A stretch of DNA of 64,000 nucleotides from an uncultured Candidatus Rokubacteria bacterium. Lineage in GTDB: Bacteria > Methylomirabilota > Methylomirabilia > Rokubacteriales > CSP1-6. The translations under genes and the position numbers were made by a program. The stretch is from the NCBI GenBank assembly GCA_963758635.1, contig CAVWWD010000002.1, positions 32,001 through 96,000 on the forward strand, in the 5' to 3' direction. A model generated the notes under the pieces. It was not told the origin of the DNA. It saw only the letters and a program-made list of their open reading frames with translations, and did no database searches. The stretch's first letter is position 1. Every line of letters starts with the position of its first letter. This document shows, in pieces, positions 31,313 through 42,560 of this stretch.

Positions 31313-34300
31313 CGAGGCTCCACGCCCTCGTCCAGGTCGGCGCCGCGCGCGGCGGGGCGCCGACGCCACTCGGCGAGACGCTCGACGGCCACGTAGAACG
31401 CCGGCACCAGCAGCACGCCCAGGAGCGTGATCGCCAGCATGCCGCCGACGACGGTGACGCCCATCGAGTGGCGGCTCGCCGCGCCGGCGCCCGTCGCGAA
31501 CATCAGCGGCAGCGAGCCGAGAATGAACGCGAACGACGTCATCAGGATCGGCCGGAAGCGCAGCCGGGCCGCCTCGCGCGCGGCCTCGCGGATGGCCATG
31601 CCGCCCTCGCGGCGGTCCTTGGCGAACTCCACGATCAGGATCGCGTTCTTGGCGGCGAGGCCGATCAGGAGCGCGAGCCCGACCTGGGCGAACAGGTCGT
31701 TGGCGGTGCCGCTGAGCCAGAGCGCCAGGAGAGCGCCGAGCACGCCGAGGGGCACCGCCAGCATCACCGCCAGCGGCACCAGCCAGCTCTCGTACTGCGC
31801 GGCCAGCACGAGGAAGACGAACAGCGCCGACAGCGCGAACACGATCCCGGCCCACGAGCCCGCCTCCTTCTCCTGGAACGCGAGTCCCGTCCACTCGTAG
31901 GACATCCCGGCCGGGAGATGCTGGCGCGCCAGCTCCTCCATGATCTGGATCGCCTGGCCCGAGCTGACGCCGGGCGCGGTGTCGCCGGCGATCTCCGCCG
32001 CGCGGTAGAGGTTGTAGTGGGAGATCGTGTCCGGCCCGGTCGTCGGCTTCACCGTGACCAGCGTGCTGAGCGGCACCATCTGGGGCGCCTGGCCGTTCGG
32101 CCCCGGCAGGCTCCGCACGTAGAGACGAGACACGTCGGCGGGCGTGGCCCGGAACGCGGGCTCGGCCTGCAGCTGCACGCGGTACACGCGCCCGAACGCG
32201 TTGAAGTCGTTCACGTAGAGCGAGCCGAGGAAGATCTGGAGGCTCGAGAACACGTCGGAGAGCGGCACGCCCAGGGCCTTCGCCTTGGCGCGGTCCACCT
32301 CGGCGTTCAGCTGCGGCACGCCGGGCCGGAACGCGGTGAAGGTCGAGGCCAGCTCCGGCCGCTGGCGCGTGGCCTCGATCAGCCGTCGCGTGGCGGCGTC
32401 CAGGTCCGCCAGCGAGCCCCCGCCCACGCTCTGCACCTCGAACTGGAAGCCCCCGCCCGAGCTGATGCCGCGGATCGGCGGCGGCGGGAACACCAGCACG
32501 AACGCCTCCTGGATCCCGGACAGCCGCGCGCGCAGGCGGCCGAGGATCGCATCGGCCTGGAGCTCCGGCGACTTCCGGTGATGCCACGGCGCGAGCCGCG
32601 GGAAGAGCGAGGCCACGTTCGGCCCGTTCACGCCGGTGATGAAGCTCCGGCCGCCGATCGCGACGACCGTCTCCACTCCCGGGGTCTCCCGCAGGATCTG
32701 CTCGATCTGGCGCACGACCGCGTCCGTGCGCTCGAGCGACGCCGCATCCGGGAGCTGCACGTTCACCAGGAGGTACCCCTGGTCCTCCGTCGGCGCGAAC
32801 CCCGAGGGCACCGCGCGCAGCAGGGCATACGACACGCCGCTCAGCACCAGCAGCGCCACCACGGCCAGCGCGGCTCTTCGCAGGATCCGCTGGACGAGGA
32901 GGTCATAGCCGCTGGTCACGCGCGCGAACGCCGCGTTCCACGCCCGCGTCAGCCAGCGCTGCCGCCTCGCGCTGGCCGGGCGGAGCAGGAGCGCGGACAG
33001 CGCCGGCGTCAGCGTCAGCGCATTCACCGCCGAGAGGGCCACCGACACCGCGATGGTCAGCGCGAACTGCCGGTAGAGCTGGCCCGTGATGCCGGGCAGG
33101 AAAGCGATCGGGATGAACACCGCCATCAACACGAGGGCGGTGGCAATGACGGGCCCGACGACCTCGGCGGTCGCCCGCCGGGCCGCGTCGCGGGCGCCGA
33201 TGGCGCCCTCGTCGAGGTGGCGCCGGGTGTTCTCGACCACCACGATCGCGTCGTCGACCACGATGCCGATCGCCAGCACCAGCCCGAACAGGGTGAGCGT
33301 GTTGATGGAGAAGCCGAACACGCTGATGACCGCGAACGTCCCGATCAGGGACACCGGGATCGTGAGCGCCGGGATCAGCGTGGCCCGCCAGTCCTGGAGG
33401 AACACGTACACGGTGATCACGACGAGCGCGATCGCCACGAGGAGCGTGACCACGACCTCCTCGATCGAGACGCGCACGAACTCCGTCGTGTTGTATGGCC
33501 GCGTGTGGGTGACCCCGCTCGGGAACGCGGGGGCCAGCCGCGCCACCGTCGCCTGCACGCCCTGCGACACCTGGAGCGCGTTCGCGCCGGGCAGCTGGAA
33601 CACGCCGATCAACGCCGCCGGCCTGCCGCCCACGCGCCCGAACGAGCCGTAGCTCTGGGCGCCCAGCTCGACGCGCGCCACGTCGCGGACGCGGAGGACC
33701 GACCCGTCGGCGCGCGTCCGCAGGATGATCTCCTCGAACTCCGCCGGCACGGAGAGCCGCCCGCGCGTCGTCACCGTGTACTGGAACTGCTGCCCGGGCA
33801 GTCCCGGCGGCTGCCCGATCTGGCCCGCGGCGGCCTGGAGGTTCTGCTCCCGCACCGCGTCGGCGACGTCGTCGGGGGTCAGGCCGAGGCTGGCGAGGCG
33901 GTCCGGGTCGAGCCACAAGCGCATGCCGTAGTCTCGGCCGTTGAACACCGTCACCTGCCCCACGCCGGGCACGCGCGCCAGGACGTCCACGACGTTCAGC
34001 GTGGCGTAGTTCGACAGGTACAGCTCGTCCCGGCTCCCGTCCGGGGAGGTCAGCGCGACGATCTCGACGAGGTCCGGGGCCTGCTTGACGACGGTGATCC
34101 CCTGCCGAGTCACCTCGAGCGGGAGCTTCGCCTGCGCGATCTGCACGCGGTTCTGCACGTTGACCGCGGCGATGTCCAGGTCGGTGCCGACGCGGAAGGT
34201 GATCGTCAACGACATCGTCCCGTCGCTGCCGCTGCGGGACGACATGTAGATCATGTCCTCGACGCCGTTGACCTGCTGCTCGATCGGCGTCGTCACCGTC

Positions 34301-34476
34301 TGCTCGACGACCTCCGCGCTCGCGCCCGGATACGTGGCGGTCACCACCACCTGAGGCGGCGTGATCTCCGGGAACTGCGCGATGGGCAGGAACGGGATCG
34401 CCACCGCGCCCGCCACCACGACGACCATGGCCAGGACCGAGGCGAAGATCGGCCGATCGATGAAGAAGTTGACCAT
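31309..34476 (-). CDS. RND efflux permease (HAE1/AcrB family)
   Basis: [49 protein letters not shown]. Confidence 0.95.
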   Translation of the reverse strand: MVNFFIDRPIFASVLAMVVVVAGAVAIPFLPIAQFPEITPPQVVVTATYPGASAEVVEQTVTTPIEQQVNGVEDMIYMSSRSGSDGTMSLTITFRVGTDLDIAAVNVQNRVQIAQAKLPLEVTRQGITVVKQAPDLVEIVALTSPDGSRDELYLSNYATLNVVDVLARVPGVGQVTVFNGRDYGMRLWLDPDRLASLGLTPDDVADAVREQNLQAAAGQIGQPPGLPGQQFQYTVTTRGRLSVPAEFEEIILRTRADGSVLRVRDVARVELGAQSYGSFGRVGGRPAALIGVFQLPGANALQVSQGVQATVARLAPAFPSGVTHTRPYNTTEFVRVSIEEVVVTLLVAIALVVITVYVFLQDWRATLIPALTIPVSLIGTFAVISVFGFSINTLTLFGLVLAIGIVVDDAIVVVENTRRHLDEGAIGARDAARRATAEVVGPVIATALVLMAVFIPIAFLPGITGQLYRQFALTIAVSVALSAVNALTLTPALSALLLRPASARRQRWLTRAWNAAFARVTSGYDLLVQRILRRAALAVVALLVLSGVSYALLRAVPSGFAPTEDQGYLLVNVQLPDAASLERTDAVVRQIEQILRETPGVETVVAIGGRSFITGVNGPNVASLFPRLAPWHHRKSPELQADAILGRLRARLSGIQEAFVLVFPPPPIRGISSGGGFQFEVQSVGGGSLADLDAATRRLIEATRQRPELASTFTAFRPGVPQLNAEVDRAKAKALGVPLSDVFSSLQIFLGSLYVNDFNAFGRVYRVQLQAEPAFRATPADVSRLYVRSLPGPNGQAPQMVPLSTLVTVKPTTGPDTISHYNLYRAAEIAGDTAPGVSSGQAIQIMEELARQHLPAGMSYEWTGLAFQEKEAGSWAGIVFALSALFVFLVLAAQYESWLVPLAVMLAVPLGVLGALLALWLSGTANDLFAQVGLALLIGLAAKNAILIVEFAKDRREGGMAIREAAREAARLRFRPILMTSFAFILGSLPLMFATGAGAASRHSMGVTVVGGMLAITLLGVLLVPAFYVAVERLAEWRRRPAARGADLDEGVEPR

Positions 34477-34482
34477 CCGGCG

Positions 34483-35892
34483 CTACCCGCGAGACGCGCC
34501 CGCTCCGCCGGGCGCAGGGAACCGGGCCGTCGCCGGATCGGCGGCGGCCGCCGGCAACGGCTCCACGGTAGGTGTCACCTTCGCGCCCGGCCGCGCCAGG
34601 TGGAACCCCTTCGTGATCACCGTCTCGCCCGGCTTGACGCCCTCCTCGACCACCCACAGCGGCCCGAGCCGGGGGCCCATCTTCACTGCGCGCGCCTGGA
34701 CGGTGCCGTCGGCGCCTACCACGAGGACGGACGCCGAGCCCTGGCTCTCCACCACCGCGGCCTGGGGCACCACCACCGCGTCCGGCCGCTCCTCCAGCAG
34801 CACGCGCAGGCGCACGTACTGTCCGGGCTGGAGCAGGCGCTCCGCGTTCGGGAACGTCGCGCGGAGGGCCAGGGTGCCCGTGCGCGGATCCACGGCGCGA
34901 TCCACGAAGTCGAGCCGCCCCGGATGCGGATAGGCGCTGTCGTCGGGCAGGGTGATCGTGATGCCGGAGCCGCCGGGCCGCGCCTGGCGGCCGCGCCACA
35001 CCTGGAGCGCCTCGCGCTCGCTCACGCTCCAGTTCACGTGCATCGGATCCTGCGTCGACACGGTCGCGAGGAGCGTGGGCTCACCCTTGCCGACCAGCGC
35101 GCCCACGCGCACCTCGGCCCGGCCCATGCGTCCGTCGAGCGGCGAGCGGATCACGGTGTAGCCGAGCTGGAGCTGGGCCTGCTCGACGGCGGTGTCCGCG
35201 GCTCGCACCGCCGCCCGCGCGTTCTCGATCGTCGCCATGGCCGCGGCGAGCGACGCCCGCGCGTTCCCGATCGCCGCCTGGCCCGCCTTCACGGTGGCGT
35301 CGAGCGCCGTCATGTTCGTCCGGATCTGATCGTACTGCTCCAGCGCGATCAGCTCGCGCTCGAAGAGCGTGCGCCAGCGCACCTCCTGGGCGCGCGCGTT
35401 GTCCGCCTGCGCGACGTCGCGCGCCAGGTTCGCCTCGGCCTGCGCCACGTCGGCCTGCCGCTGGACGAGCGCTGCCTCGGCCTGGCGGAGCCCCGCCGTC
35501 TCGCGCGCCACGTTCGCCTCGGCCTGGCGCAGTGCCACCTCGAACGGCTTGGGGTCGATCACGAACAGCACGTCGCCGGACTTGACGTCCGCCCCGTCGG
35601 GCGCGACCTGTCGCCCGACGTAGCCCTCGACGCGCGCGCGGATCTCCACCGTCTTCACCGCGTCGGTCTGGCCGACATAGTGGCCGTACACGGGAACCGG
35701 CCGCTGGGCCGCCGCCACGACCGTCACGGCCGGCGGCGTCTGCGGCGGCTCGGCGGACGGCGAGCCGCTGCATGCCGCGCCGCCGGCGAGCGCGGCCAGC
35801 AGAAGCGCGATCGCGCCTGCCGTGGTGCCGAGACGGCGGCGCGAGACTCGGGCGAAACGCCCGCTACCGCCTCTCATCGAACCGAGACCCAT
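34483..35892 (-). CDS. RND efflux periplasmic adaptor (MFP)
   Basis: Lipobox-like GAAC, VEIRARVEG, IRSPLDGR, VDPRTGT, LQPGQYVR. Confidence 0.93.
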   Translation of the reverse strand: MGLGSMRGGSGRFARVSRRRLGTTAGAIALLLAALAGGAACSGSPSAEPPQTPPAVTVVAAAQRPVPVYGHYVGQTDAVKTVEIRARVEGYVGRQVAPDGADVKSGDVLFVIDPKPFEVALRQAEANVARETAGLRQAEAALVQRQADVAQAEANLARDVAQADNARAQEVRWRTLFERELIALEQYDQIRTNMTALDATVKAGQAAIGNARASLAAAMATIENARAAVRAADTAVEQAQLQLGYTVIRSPLDGRMGRAEVRVGALVGKGEPTLLATVSTQDPMHVNWSVSEREALQVWRGRQARPGGSGITITLPDDSAYPHPGRLDFVDRAVDPRTGTLALRATFPNAERLLQPGQYVRLRVLLEERPDAVVVPQAAVVESQGSASVLVVGADGTVQARAVKMGPRLGPLWVVEEGVKPGETVITKGFHLARPGAKVTPTVEPLPAAAADPATARFPAPGGAGASRG

Positions 35893-36425
35893 GTCTCACA
35901 CTCCCTGGATGCAGAACGAGCAACATGACCTTCGGATGGCGACGGGCCGCCCCCGGCTTCTCGTGCGCGCGCGAATTGTCGCGGATCGACGATTCTGCGG
36001 GGTGCCTACTCGAGAGGGCGGCCGACGCCCGGTGAAGCAACCTCAGGCCTTGCGCCACGATACGAGGGGCCTTCACGAGACCCCCGAGCACGATCAAAGC
36101 GTACCGCGGACCACGTCGTCTGCCCAGCCGAGTCGCTGGTGCAACGCCATCAAGGCGGATCTGAACAGCCACACCGTGGTCGTCGGCATCTCGCTGAGAT
36201 TCTGATCGCCCTGCCCAAGACCGGCGGCGCGGCGCCCGACCGAGAGCACGGGGCGACGCGGGCGGGATGTACTCTGCCGCCGCGCGTCGCTACAGGACGA
36301 TCCGCGAAGCTCCCTGCACGTCGTTGATCACGGTCACGAGCTCCGTCGTGGCCTGAAAGATGCGGCGCGGTCAGGCTCGTGTATCGTAGCTATCAAAGCC
36401 CCCACATGATAAGGAGACCGTCGCC

Positions 36426-37462
36426 ATGAAGGCAGAGCTGAACGCCACCGCCAGGACGCTGGTGTCCGAGGGCAAGGGCATCCTCGCCGCCGACGAGAGC
36501 CATCCGAGCATCGCCCGGCGCTTCGCGTCGGTCGGGGTCGAGAACACCGCGGAGAACCGCCGGGTCTACCGGCAGATGCTCTTCACCACCAAGGGCGCGG
36601 CGGAGTTCATCAGCGGCGTGATCCTCTACGACGAGACCATCCGCCAGGCCGCCGACGACGGCACCCCGCTGAGCCAGGTCCTGTCCCGCCAGGGCATCCT
36701 CCCCGGCATCAAGGTGGACAAGGGCACGAAGCCGCTCGCCGGGGCCCCGGGCGAGCTGCGTCACCGAGGGCCTGGACGGGCTGCGCGAGCGGCTGGCCGA
36801 GTATCGCGAGCTCGGCGCGCGGTTCGCGAAGTGGCGCGCCGTCATCACCATCGGCCCGGACATTCCCACCCCGGCCTGCCTGGGCGCCAACGCGCACGCC
36901 CTCGCGCGATACGCCGCGCTGTGCCAGGAGGCCGGCCTCGTCCCCATCGTCGAGCCCGAGGTGCTCATGGACGGCGACCACACCATCGAGCGCTGCGAGG
37001 CCGTGACCGAGGCGACGCTCGACGCGGTCTTCCGAGCAGCTCAAGGAGCAGCGCGTGCTCCTCGAGGGGATCCTGCTCAAGCCCAGCATGGTGCTCTCGG
37101 GCAGCCAGTGTCCTCGCCAGGCCACGGTGCCCGAGGTCGCGGAAGCCACCCTCCGCTGCTTCCGCCGCGCGGTCCCGGCCGCGGTGTCGGGCATCGTGTT
37201 CCTGTCCGGGGGGCAGCGCGACGAGGTGGCCACCGCGCATCTGAACGCCATGAACGCGATGGCGGAGCCGGCTCCCTGGCCGCTCAGCTTCTCCTACGGC
37301 CGCGCGCTGCAGGCGCCCGTGCTCGCGGCCTGGCGGGGCGAGCCCGGGCGGATCGCCGCGGGCCAGCAGGCGTTCTACCATCGGGCCCGCTGCAACAGCG
37401 CCGCCCGCTACGGCCGCTACACCGCGGACCTCGAGCGCGCGGGCGCCTGCGGCACATGGTGA
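36426..37462 (+). CDS. Fructose-bisphosphate aldolase class I (frameshifts near 36760 and 37035)
   Basis: GKGILAADES, GIKVDKG, FAKWRAV, VPIVEPEV, LLKPSMV, FLSGGQ, FSYGRALQ across three frames. Confidence 0.9.
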
Positions 37463-37478
37463 AAGGTCGCGGGACGCG

Positions 37479-38731
37479 ATGAAGACACTGGCGATTCTCG
37501 TGGGCGGCGGCCCGTCGCCCGGCATCAACGCGGTGATCGCCGCCGCGGCGATCGAGGCGCGCAACAGTGACCTGCGCGTCCTCGGCTGCCACGACGGCTA
37601 CAAGTGGCTGATGCGCGGCGATCGCGTCCCACGTCCAGGAGCTGACGATCGACGCACTGTCCCGGATCCACTTCGAGGGCGGCTCGATCATCCGCACCTC
37701 GCGCGCCAACCCGACCCGGACCGAGGACGACGCTGCGCCGGGTGACGGAGAGCCTCCAGAACCTGGGCGTCTCCTACCTGCTCACCATCGGCGGCGACGA
37801 CACGGCCTTCGCCACCGCGCAGGTGGCGCGCGCGCTGGAGGGGCGGCTCGCCGTGGTGCACGTGCCGAAGACGATCGACAACGACCTGCCCCTTCCGCCG
37901 GACGTGCCGACGTTCGGGTTCAACACGGCGGTGAACCTGGGCAAGGACCTGGTCAAGAACCTGATGAACGACGCGGCCACCACCGACAAGTGGTTCTTCG
38001 TGACGGTGATGGGGCGGCACACGGGACACCTGGCGCTCGGGATCGGCGGGTCCGCCGGCGCCACCCTGACCATCATCGGCGAGGAGTTTCCGGAGCCCCG
38101 CGTGCCCCTCGCGCGCGTGGTGGACATCCTGGAGGGGGCGATCATCAAGCGCCGCGCCGCGGGCCGCGAGCACGGCGTGGCCCTCCTCGCCGAAGGCCTC
38201 CTGGAGAAGTTCGACCCGGAGACGCTGGGCGGCGTCTCCCACGACAGTTACGGCAACGTACGGCTCGAGGAGCTGGAGCTGTCGCGGCTCCTGAAGCAGC
38301 GGGTGAGCGCCAGCCTGAAGAGCCGCGGTGTCGAGGTGAGCATCGTGGCCAAGGACCTTGGCTACGAGCTCCGCTGTGCGCCGCCCGGCGCCTTCGACAT
38401 CACGTACTGCCGCGGCCTCGGCTACTGGGCCACGCGTTTCCTGCTCGACGGTGGCACCGAGGCGATGGCCACCATCCAGGGCGGCCGGTTCGTCCCCATC
38501 CCGTTCACGGAGATGATCGATCCGCGTACCGGCCGCGTGCGCATCCGCGCCGTGGACATGGCCTCCGAGGCCTACCAGACGCTCCACGCGTACATGATCC
38601 GGCTCAAGGCCGAGGACTTCACGCGCCCCGGACAGGTTCGCGCCCTTGCCGAGGCCGGACGGCTCACCGAGGAGGCGTTCGTCGACCGCTTCGGCGCGCT
38701 GGCGGACATGCCCGCTCCCCGCCGGTCCTGA
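37479..38731 (+). CDS. pfp: Phosphofructokinase, probably PPi-dependent (frameshifted)
   Basis: GGGPSPGINAVI, TIGGDDT, VPKTIDND, VMGR, LAEG, LGYELR; GGDD plus PKT are PPi-type residues. Confidence 0.82.
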
Positions 38732-38785
38732 CACGCCGGGACGGCGCGGACGGCCGAACCCGGCGGACGACGGCGACCGCGACGA

Positions 38786-39685
38786 TCAGGCGCCCTTGAC
38801 CTCGATCCGCGCCCACGACTCGAACAGCTTGACGATGGCCGCGAAATCGTTCGAACCCTCTCCCAGGGCGGCGCAGGCGTTGTAGAGCTGATGAAGCAGA
38901 CTCGTCGCCGGCACCGGCACGTCGTGGCTGCGGGCCATGTCCACGGCCAGGCCGAGGTCCTTGCGAGCGAGATCCACCGTGAAGCCCGGCACGAAGTTGC
39001 GGGCCAGGATGTTGGGGAAGCGCTTCTCGAAGTGGTACGAGCGGCCGGCGCTCGTGCGGAGGATCTCGAGCAGGCGCTGTGGCTCCATCCCCGCCCGGAC
39101 GCCGAGCACGAACGCCTCGGCGGCGACCAGCACGTTGCCCATCGACATGACGTTGTTGACGAGCTTGACGACGTTGCCGGCGCCGGAGGGCCCCGCGTAG
39201 TGAACGGCGGGCCCCAGCACGGCCAGCACGTCGCGGACGCGGTCGAAGGCCTCCCGGTCGCCGCCCACGATGATGACGAGCGCGCCGGTCTCCGCCTCCC
39301 GCCAGCCCCCGCTCACCGGCGCGTCGAGGTGATGGACGCCGCGAGCGGCGGCGGCCGCGCTGACGGCGCGGGTCGTCTCCGGGTCCACCGTGCTCGTGTC
39401 CACGGAGATGGCGCCCGGCCGCGCGCCCTCGAGCACGCCGTCGGATCCCAGGTAGACCGACCGCACCGTGGCCGGCAGGGGCAGGCTCGAGAAGACGATC
39501 TCGCTCCGCTGCGCCACCTCCCTGGGGGAGACGCAGGCAGTGGCCCCGGCGGCGGTCAGCGCGTCGACCTTGGCGCGGTCGACGTCGTGAACGGCGAGGG
39601 GGTGACCCGCCCGCGCCAGCGTCCCGGCCATGCGGCTGCCCATGACGCCGAGGCCGATGAACCCGATCCGCGCTCGCTCGCTCAT
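38786..39685 (-). CDS. NAD(P)-dependent beta-hydroxyacid dehydrogenase (3-hydroxyisobutyrate dehydrogenase family)
   Basis: IGFIGLGVMG, DAPVSGG, VKLVNN, KDLGLA. Confidence 0.92.
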   Translation of the reverse strand: MSERARIGFIGLGVMGSRMAGTLARAGHPLAVHDVDRAKVDALTAAGATACVSPREVAQRSEIVFSSLPLPATVRSVYLGSDGVLEGARPGAISVDTSTVDPETTRAVSAAAAARGVHHLDAPVSGGWREAETGALVIIVGGDREAFDRVRDVLAVLGPAVHYAGPSGAGNVVKLVNNVMSMGNVLVAAEAFVLGVRAGMEPQRLLEILRTSAGRSYHFEKRFPNILARNFVPGFTVDLARKDLGLAVDMARSHDVPVPATSLLHQLYNACAALGEGSNDFAAIVKLFESWARIEVKGA

Positions 39686-39727
39686 CGCGTGGTCCCCTTC
39701 AGGTGGTCCGAGGCGCGGCGGCAGGGC

Positions 39728-40036
39728 TCAGAGCTTCGAGAAGTCGATCTCGTCCGCGCGCGTCCAGTCCAGGGCCCGGCCAGCGCCGACCTTCCCGCGA
39801 AGGTCGCGGACGAACTCGTGGCCTTCCACGGTCAGCTTGAAGTGGGCGGGGGGGCCGACGGGCTCGATGAGGCCGGTCTCGGTGAGACGCTTGATCGCGG
39901 CCGCGCGCTCCGCGGCGCCTCCCGTCTTGCTCGTGAACCACGCCCGGCTTCGGCCGCCCTTCTGGATCTCCAGCAGGACCTCGAGGTGGAAGAGCTTCTG
40001 GCGAAGATTGCGGGCGCTGTCCAGTAGACCGGCCAT
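39728..40036 (-). CDS. Small hypothetical protein, possible winged-helix fold
   Basis: 102-aa ORF with genome-like codon use; AIKRLTETGLIE..FKLTVEG resembles a wHTH wing. Confidence 0.6.
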   Translation of the reverse strand: MAGLLDSARNLRQKLFHLEVLLEIQKGGRSRAWFTSKTGGAAERAAAIKRLTETGLIEPVGPPAHFKLTVEGHEFVRDLRGKVGAGRALDWTRADEIDFSKL

Positions 40037-40201
40037 GGCCCGACAGTCTACTCCAGTGCCGCTCCAATCTCATGTGGCCAGCGTGGAGGGATAGCCGAGG
40101 TCGCCAGCCGTGACGTTGCGCGACCGGCGCTCCTGCGGCATCGTGATCGAGTCGTTACAGGGAGCCATCGTGCCCCGCCACGAGATCGAGGAGGAAGGCC
40201 C

Positions 40202-40897
40202 GTGCCGCGTCGTCACCTCGAACGTCATCGTTCTGGTCGTATCGGCTGGCTCCGCGCCGCGGTCCTCGGCGCGAACGACGGGATCGTGTCCACGGCAAGC
40301 CTCGTCGTCGGAGTGGCGGCCGCCAGCGCGCCCCACCGCCAGGTGATCGTAGCGGGTGTCGCCGGCCTGGTGGCTGGGGCGATGTCCATGGCGACCGGCG
40401 AGTACGTGTCGGTCAGCTCCCAGGCGGACACGGAGCGCGCCGACCTCGACAGGGAACGCCACGAGCTGGCCACCTCTCCCTCCAGCGAGCGTGCCGAGCT
40501 GGCGGCCATCTACGTCGGGCGCGGGCTCGATCCCGTCCTGGCCGGCCAGGTGGCCGAGCAGCTCATGGCCCACGACGCCCTGGGAGCCCACGTGCGAGAT
40601 GAGCTGGGGATCTCGGACATCCACACGGCTCGACCCATCCAGGCCGCGCTGACCTCGGCCGTCACGTTCGCGGTGGGCGCCCTCCTGCCTCTCGTCGCGG
40701 CCGCCCTGTCCCCCCGGGCTGTGATGATTCCAGTGGTGGCCGTCGCCTCCTTGCTGCTCCTGTGCCTGCTGGGCGGTGCGGCGGCGCGGGCGGGCGGTGC
40801 GTCGGCTCTCGTCGGCTCCGTGCGCGTCGTCTTCTGGAGCGCCCTGGCCATGGCCCTGACCGCGAGCGCGGGCATTCTGTTCGGCGCGGCCGGCTGA
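40202..40897 (+). CDS. VIT1/CCC1 family Fe/Mn transporter
   Basis: WLRAAVLGANDGIVST, AGAMSMATGEYVSVSSQ, AHVRDELG. Confidence 0.93.
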   Translation: MPRRHLERHRSGRIGWLRAAVLGANDGIVSTASLVVGVAAASAPHRQVIVAGVAGLVAGAMSMATGEYVSVSSQADTERADLDRERHELATSPSSERAELAAIYVGRGLDPVLAGQVAEQLMAHDALGAHVRDELGISDIHTARPIQAALTSAVTFAVGALLPLVAAALSPRAVMIPVVAVASLLLLCLLGGAAARAGGASALVGSVRVVFWSALAMALTASAGILFGAAG

Positions 40898-40975
40898 GCC
40901 TTACCCGCCACCGGTGAAGACGCGAGCGCGCCATGCTCTAGATCGGATACTCGTCCACGACGATGCCGTGATGTC

Positions 40976-41195
40976 TCACTCCTTGGTGGGTGTCTTCGTA
41001 GCCCCCGCGTCCAGCGTCTTCCGCACGAAATCAATGCGGATGCCCTCGTTCGCGCCGTAAGTTCCCGGCAGTCCGTGCAGGCGCGGCATCTCTCTTGCGC
41101 CAGCGTGGTGGATGGCGATGACCTTCCACAGAGCGTTGAACACGGGACTCCCGCCGCTGCCCGGCTCGGTCGGCGTCCGATAAATGTGAAGTGCG
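40976..41195 (-). pseudogene. C-terminal remnant of a trypsin-like serine protease
   Basis: YRTPTEPGSGGSPVFNALWKVIAIHHAG..NEGI; catalytic His/Asp half missing and GSSGSP changed to GSGGSP. Confidence 0.65.
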
Positions 41196-41254
41196 CGGAG
41201 TCGAGCCGCGGGAACACACGCAGGACGTGCCATCGTGTTCTCCCGGCCGGCCCG

Positions 41255-41323
41255 GCCGGCGTCACACAGCGTAGCGCCGGACGGCGTCCTCGTCCCACTC
41301 GATGCCCGCGCCCGGACGCTCGG
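41255..41323 (-). repeat. Diverged duplicate of the 3' end of the adjacent mandelate racemase-family gene
   Basis: Matches 41458-41526; both encode ERPGAGIEWDEDAVRRYAV*. Confidence 0.92.
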
Positions 41324-41464
41324 CCGCTGCCGGCGGTGGGTAACCGGCTATCGAGACTCGGCCTAGTCGAATGCCCCCTGGAAGTCCACGGCCGCGCCGA
41401 TCGGCTTACGGGCCGGCCGTAACAGGTCGGAGTGGGCGACCGTGTCGCGCGGCGCCCGCCGGCG

Positions 41465-42541
41465 TCAGACGGCATAGCGGCGGACGGCGTCCTCGTCCCA
41501 CTCGATGCCGGCGCCCGGGCGCTCGGGAATATGGGCCACGCCGTCCTTTACTCGCAGGGGCTCCCGCAGCAGCGGCGCCGCCCAGTCCATGTACTCCAGC
41601 CAGTGGCCCGTGGGGGTCACCCCGAGCAGGTGCACGCTGAACTCGGGGAAGAGGTGGCTCGACATCTCGATGCCGTGGGCGTGGGCGAGCGCGGCCGCGC
41701 GCAGCCAGCCGGTGACGCCGCCGATGCGCTGGACGTCCGGCATGACGAAGTCGAGCGAGCGCGCGGCGATGGCCCGCGCCATCTCGAACGTGTCGACCAG
41801 GTTCTCCCCGGTCTGGATGGGCGTGGCCACCTCGGCCGCGATGCGCGCGTAGCCCTCGTAGTCGTCGTGACGGATCGGCTCCTCGATCCAGTAGAGCCCC
41901 TCGCCGTCGAGGGCGCGCGCGCGGCGAAGCGCCTCGCTCACCGTGAGGCGCTGGTTGAAGTCGCACATGAGGATCGCGCCGTCGCCGATCCGCTTCTTCA
42001 CCGCGCGCACCGCGGCCAGGTCCTCCGCGAAGGCGTCACGGCCGACGCGGAGCTTGACGGCGCGGAAGCCCTCGCCGAGGAGCGCCTCCGCTTCGTCGGC
42101 CAGCCCGTCGACCGGCTGGATCCAGAGACCGGTGCTGTTGTAGGCCGGGATCGCCTTCGGCGCGCCGCCGAGCAGCGAGACGAGCGGGACCCCGCGCGCG
42201 CGGGCCAGCGCATCCCAGGCGGCCATGTCGAGCCCGGCCAGGGCCAGGCCCACGAGCCCCGGGCTATCCAGCAGCGCGAGCTGGCGCCGCAGCTTGGCCT
42301 CGATGTCGGCCGGCGCCAGGAGATCGCCCTTGACCATCTCGAACAGGCCCTGGGCGCACCCGACGATGGGGGCGAGCGCCCACGGCGCGAAGCCGAAGAC
42401 GTAGGAGCGTCCGGTGACGCCCTCGTCGGTCTCCAGGTCGAACAGCACGAGCGCCGCCCTGGCGATCGCGCCGCTGGCGCTGACCGGGGGCCGGCGGAAC
42501 GGCGGCAGCACGGCGCGGGCGCGGAGGGCGGAGAGCTTCAT
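41465..42541 (-). CDS. Mandelate racemase / muconate lactonizing enzyme family
   Basis: LDMAAWDA, KLR, CDFNQ, WIEEP, TGEN, PDVQRIGG, SSH, PGAGIEWD. Confidence 0.92.
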   Translation of the reverse strand: MKLSALRARAVLPPFRRPPVSASGAIARAALVLFDLETDEGVTGRSYVFGFAPWALAPIVGCAQGLFEMVKGDLLAPADIEAKLRRQLALLDSPGLVGLALAGLDMAAWDALARARGVPLVSLLGGAPKAIPAYNSTGLWIQPVDGLADEAEALLGEGFRAVKLRVGRDAFAEDLAAVRAVKKRIGDGAILMCDFNQRLTVSEALRRARALDGEGLYWIEEPIRHDDYEGYARIAAEVATPIQTGENLVDTFEMARAIAARSLDFVMPDVQRIGGVTGWLRAAALAHAHGIEMSSHLFPEFSVHLLGVTPTGHWLEYMDWAAPLLREPLRVKDGVAHIPERPGAGIEWDEDAVRRYAV

Positions 42542-42560
42542 GGCACAGGGATCGCGTGCG

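Noticed and set aside
30544..35928. Very long ORFs such as 30544..35928 (+), 973..4497 (-) and 1596..4934 (+)
   Set aside because: Arg/Gly/Pro-rich shadow frames overlapping real genes; expected in very GC-rich DNA where stop codons are rare.
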